NCBI GenBank assembly: GCA_963719505.1
Contig: CAVRCF010000001.1
Location: 320,001 to 384,000, forward strand
DNA length: 64,000 bases
Source of the DNA: Halobacteriovoraceae bacterium
GTDB lineage: Bacteria; Bdellovibrionota; Bacteriovoracia; Bacteriovoracales; Bacteriovoracaceae
Reading direction: 5' to 3'
How positions within the stretch are numbered: the first letter of the stretch is position 1; the number at the start of each line of letters is the position of its first letter. A program made the position numbers and the translations under genes. The notes beneath the pieces are model-generated. The model saw only the letters and a program-made list of their open reading frames with translations. It did not search any database and was not told where the DNA came from. Shown one piece after another: positions 51,403 through 60,883 of this stretch.

Positions 51403-52053
51403 TTAAAGAAGAGTGGAAAGTTTGACAAGCTCGTTTGTAATTTTTGTTGTTCCACATGGAACATTTTTTGATCTAAATCCAATTAAAAGTCTTTTTTCTG
51501 TTCCCTCAACAGACAATTCCTTCTCTTCTATTATGTCCCAATTCTTTTTTGCTAGTTCTATCTGATCTCTTTCAAGCTCGTAGAAACCAGGCCCCTTATA
51601 AAAAAACACTGTTATTTCGCATAAACTATTTATTTTTTCCAAAAAGTCATGAACCTTACCTACAGCTTTGAGGGTACAGGTCGTTGGCATATCAAAGATA
51701 ATATTCTCAATCCTAGAGTGTACTAGTTTGAAATTATCTAGCCCGAGCTTTTTTCCAATTTCGGTTACAACAATAACTTTTTTCTTTCTAGTCTCGACAC
51801 CGATAAATTTTTTGTCTGATAACCTGTGGGCCATTGGAAGGATGGGAAAACCACCACCAAACCCAATATCTATCATTACACCAGTGCTATCTAACTCTTT
51901 TACAAAAACATCAGATTGATCAAGTGGTGCAAGTGAATCATCTATCTGTTTTAAGACAAAGTCATCATAATCCACAATTCTAGTGAGGTTTATGCCTGCA
52001 TATTCGGTTGTTAATAAATCGAAGTATTTTCTTGAAAACTCTTGTTGATCCAT
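51403..52053 (-). CDS. rsmG: 16S rRNA m7G527 methyltransferase
   Basis: INLT, DIGFGGGFP, KKV motifs; lies between mnmG and parA. Confidence 0.88.
   Translation of the reverse strand: MDQQEFSRKYFDLLTTEYAGINLTRIVDYDDFVLKQIDDSLAPLDQSDVFVKELDSTGVMIDIGFGGGFPILPMAHRLSDKKFIGVETRKKKVIVVTEIGKKLGLDNFKLVHSRIENIIFDMPTTCTLKAVGKVHDFLEKINSLCEITVFFYKGPGFYELERDQIELAKKNWDIIEEKELSVEGTEKRLLIGFRSKNVPCGTTKITNELVKLSTLL
51448..51463. promoter_or_regulatory. parS site
   Basis: TGTTCCACATGGAACA, 1 mismatch to TGTTCCACGTGGAACA; inside rsmG. Confidence 0.8.
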
Positions 52054-53882
52054 TACATTCCTGCCACAACAGCTAAAGTAGCTGGTCGAAGACCATCAAT
52101 AAGTTTCAATTGTCCAAAGGTTTCAGGCTTAATCTTCTCAATTCTTTGTTTACACTCAAAACTGATATTTTCTGATGAAACAAGCCTAGACCAAGATATC
52201 TTTTTAGCATTTAAGCCCATTATTTTTTGATTATGAGTAACAGCTTTAGCTATGTAGCCACTGTATTTTGTATCAATTGCAACGTTTCTAAGGACCGTAC
52301 CGTCAATAGATATCCCACTGTAGTCACAATATAACTTTAAGGTCGAAATTGGGTTAAAATTTGTATTTTTTAATAAATCAGATAGAGAAATCTTCTCTGA
52401 TACGACTAATCCAATTTCTTTAAGAAAAGGAGATTGAGGATTTATACTATTTCGCTCTACAGATTCGCTCAATGAAAAATATGTTGATAAATAGGATTCA
52501 TTGTACTTATCAACATCAGTATTTAATCCAAGTTTCTCTCTATACTTCGCTATTCTAGTAACAGTGTTATCCTCTCTCACTGATAGTCTATTTTCATTCC
52601 TAGCGGTAAAAAGTCGATAAGGTTCATCTCTAGTGTTAGATATGAGATCCTCAATCATAACTCCTATATAGCTATCAGTACGGCTCAAAACAAACTTTTC
52701 TCTGCCCAAAACACTCAAGGCTGCATTAACTCCAGCAATTAACCCCTGCCCAGCTGCCTCTTCATAACCAGAAGTACCATTGACTTGTCCAGCAAAGTAT
52801 ATGCCTGGCATTTTTTCTAATTCTAAACCATATGTTAATTGTGTTGTATCAATAACATCGTACTCAACAGCGTAACCATATTGTTCCACGTGGCACTTTT
52901 CGAGACCCTCAATCGTTTGTAAAAATTCTTCTTGAATCTCTTTGGGTAAACTTGTTGATATACCACTTGGATAGACGGTGTTTAGGTTTAAGCCTTCTGG
53001 CTCTATAAACACATGATGAATATTTTTATCAGGATATCTATAAGCCTTATCCTCAACAGAAGGACAATATCTCGCACCCACCCCTTGAATCTGGCCATTA
53101 AACATTGGAGATTTTTCTTTATTATTTCTAATAACTTCTAGTGTTTTCGTATTAGTTCGAGTTAAAAAACACGATACTTGCTTAAGATTTCTGTAAGAAT
53201 CTTTGTGCAAGCAGTGAAATGAAGCAACTGTCTCATCACTTTTTTGCTCTTCCATCAATGAGAAATTAACACTATCTTTGTTGAGTCGTGCTGGTGTACC
53301 AGTCTTAAAACGAGCAGAGACTGTATCTATATCTTTAAAAAATTCAGCCAGAGACACAGAAGGGTCAGCACCCGAACGACCACCACTTGTTTGTTCACTT
53401 CCAGTATGCATTTTACCGTTCAAGAAAGTACCAACTGTAATTACAATCTTTTTAGTGTTCCACGTGGAACTTTCTCCGTGAATGATAAAACCATCTTCGG
53501 TAGATTCTATCTTCTTAGCTTTATTTCTAATTATATCAATGTTTTCAATTTTAGAGATGAGTTCCTCAGCAAATACAGAATACATTTCTTTATCGATTTG
53601 AATTCTTGTGGATTGAACTGCAAAGCCTTTTGATTCATTTAATGTTCTGAATTGAATTCCGGCCATGTCAGCTAATTTTCCGGTAATTCCGCCTAGAGCA
53701 TCAATCTCTCTTACAACTTGACCCTTGCCTACTCCACCAATAGATGGGTTACATGGCGCAGACGCTAGGCCAACACCTGGAAGTGTAAGAATAGCTACTT
53801 TTAGACCAAATTGAGAGGATAGAAATGCGGCTTCTATACCTGCATGTCCACCACCAATGATAATGATATCGTAATTTTTCAT
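52053..53882 (-). CDS. mnmG: tRNA uridine-5-carboxymethylaminomethyl modification enzyme MnmG/GidA
   Basis: GGGHAG, CNPSIGG, RFKTGTPAR, RYCPSVE, GQVNGTSGYEEAA motifs. Confidence 0.96.
   Translation of the reverse strand: MKNYDIIIIGGGHAGIEAAFLSSQFGLKVAILTLPGVGLASAPCNPSIGGVGKGQVVREIDALGGITGKLADMAGIQFRTLNESKGFAVQSTRIQIDKEMYSVFAEELISKIENIDIIRNKAKKIESTEDGFIIHGESSTWNTKKIVITVGTFLNGKMHTGSEQTSGGRSGADPSVSLAEFFKDIDTVSARFKTGTPARLNKDSVNFSLMEEQKSDETVASFHCLHKDSYRNLKQVSCFLTRTNTKTLEVIRNNKEKSPMFNGQIQGVGARYCPSVEDKAYRYPDKNIHHVFIEPEGLNLNTVYPSGISTSLPKEIQEEFLQTIEGLEKCHVEQYGYAVEYDVIDTTQLTYGLELEKMPGIYFAGQVNGTSGYEEAAGQGLIAGVNAALSVLGREKFVLSRTDSYIGVMIEDLISNTRDEPYRLFTARNENRLSVREDNTVTRIAKYREKLGLNTDVDKYNESYLSTYFSLSESVERNSINPQSPFLKEIGLVVSEKISLSDLLKNTNFNPISTLKLYCDYSGISIDGTVLRNVAIDTKYSGYIAKAVTHNQKIMGLNAKKISWSRLVSSENISFECKQRIEKIKPETFGQLKLIDGLRPATLAVVAGM
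52882..52897. promoter_or_regulatory. Degenerate parS site
   Basis: TGTTCCACGTGGCACT, 2 mismatches; inside mnmG. Confidence 0.6.
53456..53471. promoter_or_regulatory. parS site
   Basis: TGTTCCACGTGGAACT; inside mnmG. Confidence 0.85.
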
Positions 53883-53893
53883 TTAAGACCTAA

Positions 53894-53909
53894 AGTTCCA
53901 CGTGGAACA
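53894..53909. promoter_or_regulatory. parS site
   Basis: AGTTCCACGTGGAACA in the mnmE-mnmG intergenic gap. Confidence 0.85.
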
Positions 53910-53910
53910 A

Positions 53911-55404
53911 TTATTTTCCTATACAAAAATTTTGGAAAATATTTTCTAAAATATCGTCTGGCGAAATTATACCAACGAGTTCGGAAATACAATGGCCTAC
54001 TATATTAAATTCAGAGGAGATGATCGAAATATCTGTAGATTTATTCAAGGTTTTTTCATACTCTGAGAGTAAATTATAAACATTATTTATTTGATCTACA
54101 TGCCTTTCTAGTAATATCGGCTCTTTATTGGAAATTTCTGTATATTTTAAATAAATTCTATCGAGAATAAATAAATTAAGTTTACTATTGGTATTTTTCA
54201 AGTTTGCCCCGATAGGACCACAGGTGATAACTGGTTCTATAGGACCAACATCACCCTTAGCAATACTAGTTTTTGGCTCTATAGGACCATTTAAGAAAAT
54301 TGGTTCTATAGGACCATTTAAGAAAATTGGTTCTATAGGACCAAGAATCTTCAATTCTTTAAAAATTTTAGATGAGTTTTCAATGAACCCTTCTTGATCT
54401 GCATTGGTGAACAAAATAAGATCAAAAAAGTTGTCTTTAAAAACCTCTGTTAGGTCGGAGGAACTCTCGAATGGATTAATGACCAATATTTTGAAAAATG
54501 CATTCTTGGCAATTTTCCAAGTCTTTTCAATTCCAGCTGTTTCAATCACGTCCGACGTCTCTCTCACACCGGCTGTATCGATAAGTTTAAATCGAGAGCT
54601 TTTAAAAAATATTTCTTCACTGATATAGTCTCTAGTTGTGCCAGCGATATTTGAAACTATGGCACGATGATTTTTTAAAAGAGAATTAAAGAGTGAACTC
54701 TTTCCTGCATTAGGCTCACCTATCAAAACAATCTCTGGCTCTATTAAATTACCCTTACCTGATATGATTCTATCTTTTAAAACTGAGATACTATCTTTCA
54801 ATTTATCTAGGGTGACTTGAATTTGCCTATTTCCCTCCTCTTCACCTACATCATCCATAAAATCAATAGACAACTCAATAGCTGAACGGTGCATCTTATA
54901 AGAAGAAAGCAACTCCAAATATGCCTCTTGCAAAGACCCATTTAAAAGAGACATTCCCTGCTTAAGACTGAGGGGATTATTCGCGTTTAGAAAAAGATCG
55001 AGCCCTTCGACTTGGCTTAGTGATAATTTTTTATTTCTATAGGCCCTATATGAGAACTCACCTGGGTAGGCTCGTCTAATATTAAGTTTTTTACAAAGAA
55101 GACTAATAATATTTTGAACATTTATAGCATTCCCATGAACTGAGAGCTCAAGAATATTTTCACCATTAAAGGATTTGGGCCCCTTAAAAAATGTAAGGAC
55201 AATTTCATCGATAACATCTTTACCATCCAAAATTTTACAATAATGGGCAAAGCGATTTTTAATTAAACTTGGACTGATTGAAAATACATCTTCAAATAAC
55301 TCTAGAGAAGAAAAACCTGAAATTCTAATAATTGCAATTGCTGTATTGATGTCGCCACCGGAGCTACATGCAATAATACAATCATTAGAATCGAAAAAAT
55401 CCAT
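53911..55404 (-). CDS. mnmE: tRNA modification GTPase MnmE with internal GPIEP repeat insertion
   Basis: IAIIRISG, GPKSFNGE, PGEFS.RA, GEPNAGKSS, GTTRD, DTAG, C-terminal FCIGK. Confidence 0.95.
   Translation of the reverse strand: MDFFDSNDCIIACSSGGDINTAIAIIRISGFSSLELFEDVFSISPSLIKNRFAHYCKILDGKDVIDEIVLTFFKGPKSFNGENILELSVHGNAINVQNIISLLCKKLNIRRAYPGEFSYRAYRNKKLSLSQVEGLDLFLNANNPLSLKQGMSLLNGSLQEAYLELLSSYKMHRSAIELSIDFMDDVGEEEGNRQIQVTLDKLKDSISVLKDRIISGKGNLIEPEIVLIGEPNAGKSSLFNSLLKNHRAIVSNIAGTTRDYISEEIFFKSSRFKLIDTAGVRETSDVIETAGIEKTWKIAKNAFFKILVINPFESSSDLTEVFKDNFFDLILFTNADQEGFIENSSKIFKELKILGPIEPIFLNGPIEPIFLNGPIEPKTSIAKGDVGPIEPVITCGPIGANLKNTNSKLNLFILDRIYLKYTEISNKEPILLERHVDQINNVYNLLSEYEKTLNKSTDISIISSEFNIVGHCISELVGIISPDDILENIFQNFCIGK
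54205..54343. repeat. Array of five 16-bp palindromes (motif family B) within mnmE, including a 27-bp tandem duplication
   Basis: Copies start at 54205, 54232, 54274, 54301, 54328 (spacing 27/42/27/27); consensus TGGTTCTATAGGACCA. Confidence 0.9.
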
Positions 55405-55412
55405 ACAAACTT

Positions 55413-56861
55413 CTAGTTTCTTCTATAGACAAACAACTGTTGTAACATGGCCACGAAAGTTGAGATGACAATATAAAGTGTCAGACCTGCAGGAAAATCT
55501 TTCATAAATACCGCAAAAATGAGGGGCATAAACATCATGATTTTTTTCTGAGTTGGATCCATAGTTGTTGAAGGAGTAAGTCGTTGATGAAAAAACATTG
55601 TAATACCCATTAAAACAGGAAGAACATAGTAGGGATCTTTCGATGATAAATCTGTGATCCACAACATAAAAGGAGCATCTACGAGCTCTACAGCTGAATA
55701 AAGAACTCTATAAAAAGCGAAAAATATTGGCATTTGTAAGATCATGGGAAGACAACCGCCAAGAGGATTTGTACCTGCTTTTTTAAACAAAGCCATAGTC
55801 TCTTTTTGCATTCTTTGAGGATCTTCTTTATATTTTTCTTTGATCTTTGTAAGCTCAGGTTGAATCTCCTGCATCTTCTTCATACTTTTGAAAGACTTAT
55901 ACTGGAGTGGGAAAGTTAACATTCTCATGAGGATCGTTAATAAAATTATCGAGACACCCCAATTTGGAATCAATGAAAAGAAAAACTGTAATCCTCTTAA
56001 AATAGGTACTGCTAAAATTGACCAAAAACTAAAATCTACTGCAGCTTCTAAATTATTGCCAAGATCAAGCAGGTGATCGTATTCCTTTTTTGCGAATATA
56101 TAACTAAAACTTAGTTTTTTAACTTGTTTCAAATCTTGAACCGTTAAAACACCAGCCTCTGTCATTTCATAAACAAGAGGCCTTTTATCAATTTTGTACA
56201 TAAAGATGTGATAGTAAAAATCAAGACCAAACCACTTAAGCTCTACATCACCTTTGTCGTCGTCACCGACATTAGAAGCATCAAGACTATCAGAATACAT
56301 AACAAATTGTTTATATTTGCCACCTTCTAACTCTTCCTCTTTCTCATTTATAGTAAAACGATATTTAAAATCTCTAGATGAAAGAACATCAACCTTAAGA
56401 AAACCTTTGTCATCAAGGCTCAACGTACCGTTTAAATCGTAAGTTGAATTGGAAAGCCTGAATTCTCTATCTGAAATTTTTGAAACAGAAAAATTAACGG
56501 ACTTGAACTTCCCGTCAAAATTAAAAAGAACCTTGTTGTTATCCTCAATTGGAAATAAATCTTTAAAAGTTTTTCCAGTTTGATTAGAAAGAATATCTTT
56601 TATGATTAAATCAGAAGAGATGAAATATGTAAGCTCTTCGCCTTTAACTTCGATGACTGTATTAGCAGTCTTTTTTGAAACTTCACTTTTGACAGTATCT
56701 ATCTTTTTATCGTCAACAACAGGTGGATTTTTATCAATCTCCACTTTCTTAACATTATTATCGACAGTTGCTACTGGTGGCGCAAAGTAATATTGCCAAC
56801 CAAATAGAATTAAACCAGATATAATTACCGCAACTATAGCGCGTCTTTGTTCACCACTCAT
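55413..56861 (-). CDS. yidC: Membrane protein insertase YidC
   Basis: NWGVSIILLT, SMKKMQEIQP, NPLGGCLP, QMPIFFA, WITDLS.KDPYYVLP motifs. Confidence 0.96.
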   Translation of the reverse strand: MSGEQRRAIVAVIISGLILFGWQYYFAPPVATVDNNVKKVEIDKNPPVVDDKKIDTVKSEVSKKTANTVIEVKGEELTYFISSDLIIKDILSNQTGKTFKDLFPIEDNNKVLFNFDGKFKSVNFSVSKISDREFRLSNSTYDLNGTLSLDDKGFLKVDVLSSRDFKYRFTINEKEEELEGGKYKQFVMYSDSLDASNVGDDDKGDVELKWFGLDFYYHIFMYKIDKRPLVYEMTEAGVLTVQDLKQVKKLSFSYIFAKKEYDHLLDLGNNLEAAVDFSFWSILAVPILRGLQFFFSLIPNWGVSIILLTILMRMLTFPLQYKSFKSMKKMQEIQPELTKIKEKYKEDPQRMQKETMALFKKAGTNPLGGCLPMILQMPIFFAFYRVLYSAVELVDAPFMLWITDLSSKDPYYVLPVLMGITMFFHQRLTPSTTMDPTQKKIMMFMPLIFAVFMKDFPAGLTLYIVISTFVAMLQQLFVYRRN

Positions 56862-56928
56862 TAAATCTCCGAGAATAGAATTTTTGAGGTTCTATCATAT
56901 TAAAAACAAAGATAAAATAACCAATTAA

Positions 56929-57291
56929 TTAAACAATTTTTTTAAATACTCTTGTGAGGTCATCTCGAATAGAAGATATCTGAGATTCGCTCAATGAATC
57001 TTTTTGCTTAGTAAACCTATTGTTTGTCACAACAAGAATATCGTACCCTGAATGTTTGTGAGATGAATGTCTAAAAAATTCTTTGACGACTCTTTTAAAC
57101 TTATTTCTTTTGACTGCATTACCAAATTTTTTAGATGCGCTGATACCGAGGCGGGAGACTGATAACGTGTTTTTCTTATAATAGATCAGAGCTGAATCTG
57201 AACGCAAAAAAAGACTACCCTCTCGTAGTGAGAGGAAGTCTTCCTTTGATAATAATCTAAATATTTTTGAATAATCTAAAATACTTTTCAG
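56929..57291 (-). CDS. rnpA: RNase P protein component (start codon uncertain)
   Basis: RLGISASKKFGNAVKRNKFKR; the frame extends upstream of TTG 57207 through YSKIFRLLSKEDF to CTG 57291. Confidence 0.88.
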   Translation of the reverse strand: MKSILDYSKIFRLLSKEDFLSLREGSLFLRSDSALIYYKKNTLSVSRLGISASKKFGNAVKRNKFKRVVKEFFRHSSHKHSGYDILVVTNNRFTKQKDSLSESQISSIRDDLTRVFKKIV

Positions 57292-57296
57292 TGATA

Positions 57297-57449
57297 TTAT
57301 TTTGTACCAGTTGAAACTGTAAGGCTTTTTCTACCTTTTTTTCTTCTAGCGGTAATAACATTTTTCCCACCTGGAGAAGACATTCTTTTTAGAAAACCAT
57401 GTTTTCTTAGTCTTTTTAACTTCTTTGGTTGCCAAGTTCTTTTACTCAT
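57297..57449 (-). CDS. rpmH: 50S ribosomal protein L34
   Basis: Manual translation [50 protein letters not shown]. Confidence 0.96.
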   Translation of the reverse strand: MSKRTWQPKKLKRLRKHGFLKRMSSPGGKNVITARRKKGRKSLTVSTGTK

Positions 57450-57641
57450 AACTAATCCTAAAACAAAATATGTTTATATTAAAATCTTTTTTGGAGCCTA
57501 TAATTACAAGAAGAATGAGAATGGGTCAACAAATTAAATACTAATAATAGTATGGTAAAAAATTGTAAATTTAATATTCAATGTTGAAAAGTATACGGCC
57601 ACGTGTTAAAAAACGTCTCAATCAAATTATACAGGGGTCAT

Positions 57642-59264
57642 ATGAGCGATAGTTTTCCGTTTGACAAGTTCATCAAGTCTAATAAAAACAATACCTTAGA
57701 GAATTCAAAACAAGACATCTCAAAATTTTTTAAAACTGAGGCAACTGCTGCAACTATTGAAAAAAATGAACAAAAACAAATAGTTAACCACGATTCAGAT
57801 GAGTTATACACAATAACTAGCGAAATACTCTCTATTGTTAAAAACAATATACCATCTGAAAAATTTAGCACCTATTTTTCAAATACATTCGTCCTGACAA
57901 GCTTCGATGAAATGGACTTCCACTTTAGTGTTACGACAAAGTTTATTAAAATGATGATTGAAAATCATTACAAAGAATATATCAACCAAGCCGTTATTGA
58001 ACTCATGGGTAAGCCCTTTAATATCAATATCAACCTGCTAGACAATATAGAAACACAATATTCACAACCATCAACAACGAGTAAAATACTTGATGCTACC
58101 ATTAATGAAACTCAAAAATTTGATCTTCAAAAAAGTATATCAGTAAAAGATATGAGTTTTAAAATTGATCCATCATTCACGGCTTCAAGAGAGGACATCG
58201 CTGGCGTTGTCAGAAGCAGTGAATTAAAACATCTCAATGGAAACGTGTTTGGTAGAATTGATAAAACAAAGACTTTTGATAATTTTGTTGTCGGTCCATC
58301 AAATAATATGGCCCACGCATTTTCTTTAGCTGTTTCAAAAGATCCAGGTTTGGCTTACCCGCAGTTATATCTTTATGGAAATTCTGGTCTTGGTAAAACT
58401 CACCTTTTGCATGCCATTTGCAATTATATTGATGAGCAGAATCCAGAAAAGAGAATATGCTTTACGTCAGCGGGTGACTTTACCAAAGAGATGGTTATGT
58501 CCATCCAAAGCAAAACGATCGGTGACTTTCAGCGCAAATATACAGACCTTGTCGATGTTCTAATCATCGATGATATTCACGAACTTAAAGATCGAGCTAG
58601 AACACAAGCAGAATTTTTTCATATCTTTAATGAGCTCCAAAATAAGAAAAAACAACTTATTTTTACCTCTGATAAAGCTCCAAAGGAGATATCTGGCTTG
58701 GAAGACAGAATCAGAACTAGACTCTCTAGCGCGCTTCTCACTGACATTCAGCAGCCAGATTTGGAAACCAGAATCGCTATTTTAAAGAATAAAGCAAACG
58801 AGAGAGACATCTATATCGGTGATGATGTCATCAATCTCATCGCAAGTTGTGTGCGAAATAATGTTCGAGAGCTTGAGGGTAAACTAATAAAATTAGGTGC
58901 TTACTCAGACCTTATGAATGTCGACATCGATTTAGAAATTGCAAAAGAGCAGCTCAACCTCTCTGAAGACAATCAAGACAAACTTCTAACTGTAGAGAGT
59001 ATCGCTAAAACTGTAGCATCCTATTATAAACTGCCCCTTGGCGATATAAGAGGGAAAAATAGAAAAGCTGAACTGGTACTGGCCCGCCATATATCGATGT
59101 ATCTTATCCATAAACTACTAAAAAAGACGTTGGAAGAAATCGGAGAATATTTTAACAAGCGGGATCATAGTACGGTTATTCATGCCATCGATAAAATGAA
59201 AAAACGAATCTCTGACGAAGCTTCTTTTTCACAACTCATCTATGAAATAGAATCGAACGTATAA
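57642..59264 (+). CDS. dnaA: Chromosomal replication initiator DnaA
   Basis: TFDNFVVG, GNSGLGKTHLL, LIIDDI, NVRELEG, RDHSTVIHA motifs; start set to ATG 57642 after AGGGG. Confidence 0.97.
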   Translation: MSDSFPFDKFIKSNKNNTLENSKQDISKFFKTEATAATIEKNEQKQIVNHDSDELYTITSEILSIVKNNIPSEKFSTYFSNTFVLTSFDEMDFHFSVTTKFIKMMIENHYKEYINQAVIELMGKPFNININLLDNIETQYSQPSTTSKILDATINETQKFDLQKSISVKDMSFKIDPSFTASREDIAGVVRSSELKHLNGNVFGRIDKTKTFDNFVVGPSNNMAHAFSLAVSKDPGLAYPQLYLYGNSGLGKTHLLHAICNYIDEQNPEKRICFTSAGDFTKEMVMSIQSKTIGDFQRKYTDLVDVLIIDDIHELKDRARTQAEFFHIFNELQNKKKQLIFTSDKAPKEISGLEDRIRTRLSSALLTDIQQPDLETRIAILKNKANERDIYIGDDVINLIASCVRNNVRELEGKLIKLGAYSDLMNVDIDLEIAKEQLNLSEDNQDKLLTVESIAKTVASYYKLPLGDIRGKNRKAELVLARHISMYLIHKLLKKTLEEIGEYFNKRDHSTVIHAIDKMKKRISDEASFSQLIYEIESNV

Positions 59265-59272
59265 TTTATTTG

Positions 59273-59302
59273 AAAAGCCTCTATATATATAGAGGTTTTT
59301 TT
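59273..59302 (+). terminator. Intrinsic terminator after dnaA
   Basis: AAAAGCCTCTA-tatata-TAGAGGTTTT followed by a T-tract. Confidence 0.65.
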
Positions 59303-59309
59303 ATCTCTT

Positions 59310-59700
59310 TAAACGTTATCTACATAAAAGACCCATGTTAATAAGTATAAGGTGTTGTTGGCCCTAATCTTTTACACAATGTGGATAAATTGATGATAAA
59401 AATGGTAGATTTCAATATTTAATGCGTTTCAATAAAAACAAATCGGGTTTAATGTCGATAACTGGGTGGAAAAGAAAAATATAAAAATTTTCTTTGTCTA
59501 TTAACTCTATAATATCCGCATGAAATATAAATTGTTTATGAAAATTCTATTGATAACTATTCTAAACTTTTCTTATAACTCATTAAAATTAAAGGAAAAG
59601 TTGAGTTCTCCACAGCTGTACCCTTTTAATAATAATAATCTTTTTTATATATAAATATTAAACTTATAAAACATCTAAAATTTGGGTACTTGCAAATTAG
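59310..59700. other. Replication origin oriC (DnaA boxes, DnaA-trios, AT-rich unwinding region)
   Basis: dnaA-dnaN gap with TTATCTACA 59316, TTTTACACA 59370, TGTGGATAA 59380 (perfect), TGTCGATAA 59453, TTCTCCACA 59606, (TAA)4 59627-59638 and an AT-rich tract. Confidence 0.85.
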
Positions 59701-59758
59701 AATTTTAGAAGCTAAATATTTGCCATCTTAAAAATTAATTTAACGGCTAGGTAATGCA

Positions 59759-60883
59759 ATGAAAATAAATATCCAATCACAGGTTCTTCGAGATGGTTTG
59801 AATAAGGTACTAACCGTGATCGACAAGAAAAACTCTAGACCGATACTTACGAATTGCTTAATTAATTCATTCTCAGATCACATTGAGCTTATCGCAACGG
59901 ATCTTGAGGTCATGGCGAAAATTAAAATACCAGCACAAGTTTCTGAAACTGGAAATTTTTGTATCAACACGAAAAACATTTTTGATATCGTCAGAGAATT
60001 ACCAGATGCAGAAATGCAAATGGATATAAACAAAGAAAGCAATTTACTTAATTTAACATGTAAAAAAATAAATTATTCACTTCTCATCACAAACTCTGAA
60101 GATTATCCACAAGTAAATTTTGACAAAATTCTGGAGAAGGCTTTAAATTAAAATCTAATGATCTTTACAAAATCATTCAATAAAACATCTCATGCAATTT
60201 CAACTGATGAAACTAGAATTAATTTAAACGGAATTTACCTTCAAGAAATTAGATTCTAAACTAAGAGCAGTAGCGATCGATGGACATAGATTAGCACTTC
60301 TTGATATTCATAATTTTGATTCAGACAATCAAAGTTTAGTGGATGGTGTTATTATTCCTAAAAAAGGAATCATTGAACTTAAAAAAATAGCTGATAAATA
60401 ATTTAGATAGTGATCTTGTTATATCTCTTGATGACTCATTTATTACATCAATTGCGAATGACAATTATTTCTTATCAATTCGATTAATTGCTAGAGAGTA
60501 TCCAAAGTACCAAACAGTTATACCTTCTAAAACAGTTCAATACAATGACCGTTGAGAGAAGTGCACTTTTTAATGCTGTAAAAAGAATCAGAATCTTATC
60601 TAATGAAAAAACAAATGGAATAAAAGTCTATTCTTACAAAGAATCAACTTAACAATATCAGCCAATCATCCTTCATTAGGTCATGCTACAGAAGTTATTC
60701 CAGTCAATTATGATGGTGATGAAATGGAAATTGGATTTAATGCAAAATATATGCTGGATTCTTTCAAGTCCTCGATGTTAATGAAATTATATTTGAATTT
60801 AATAATGAGTTAAGTCCTGTGATCATAAGCTCTAATGAGGAACCTGAAATTTTCTTGGAATCATAATGCCTCTTAAATTATAA
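59759..60883 (+). CDS. dnaN: DNA polymerase III beta clamp (several frame breaks)
   Basis: RPILTN, ATDLE, AIDGHRLA, IIPKK, IGFNAKY, GIIMPLKL stop, in shifting frames. Confidence 0.93.

Noticed and set aside
54205-54343. CRISPR array interpretation of the regularly spaced palindromes
   Set aside because: Repeats are 16 bp with 11-26 bp spacers, two spacers are identical, the array is in frame within mnmE, and no cas genes are present
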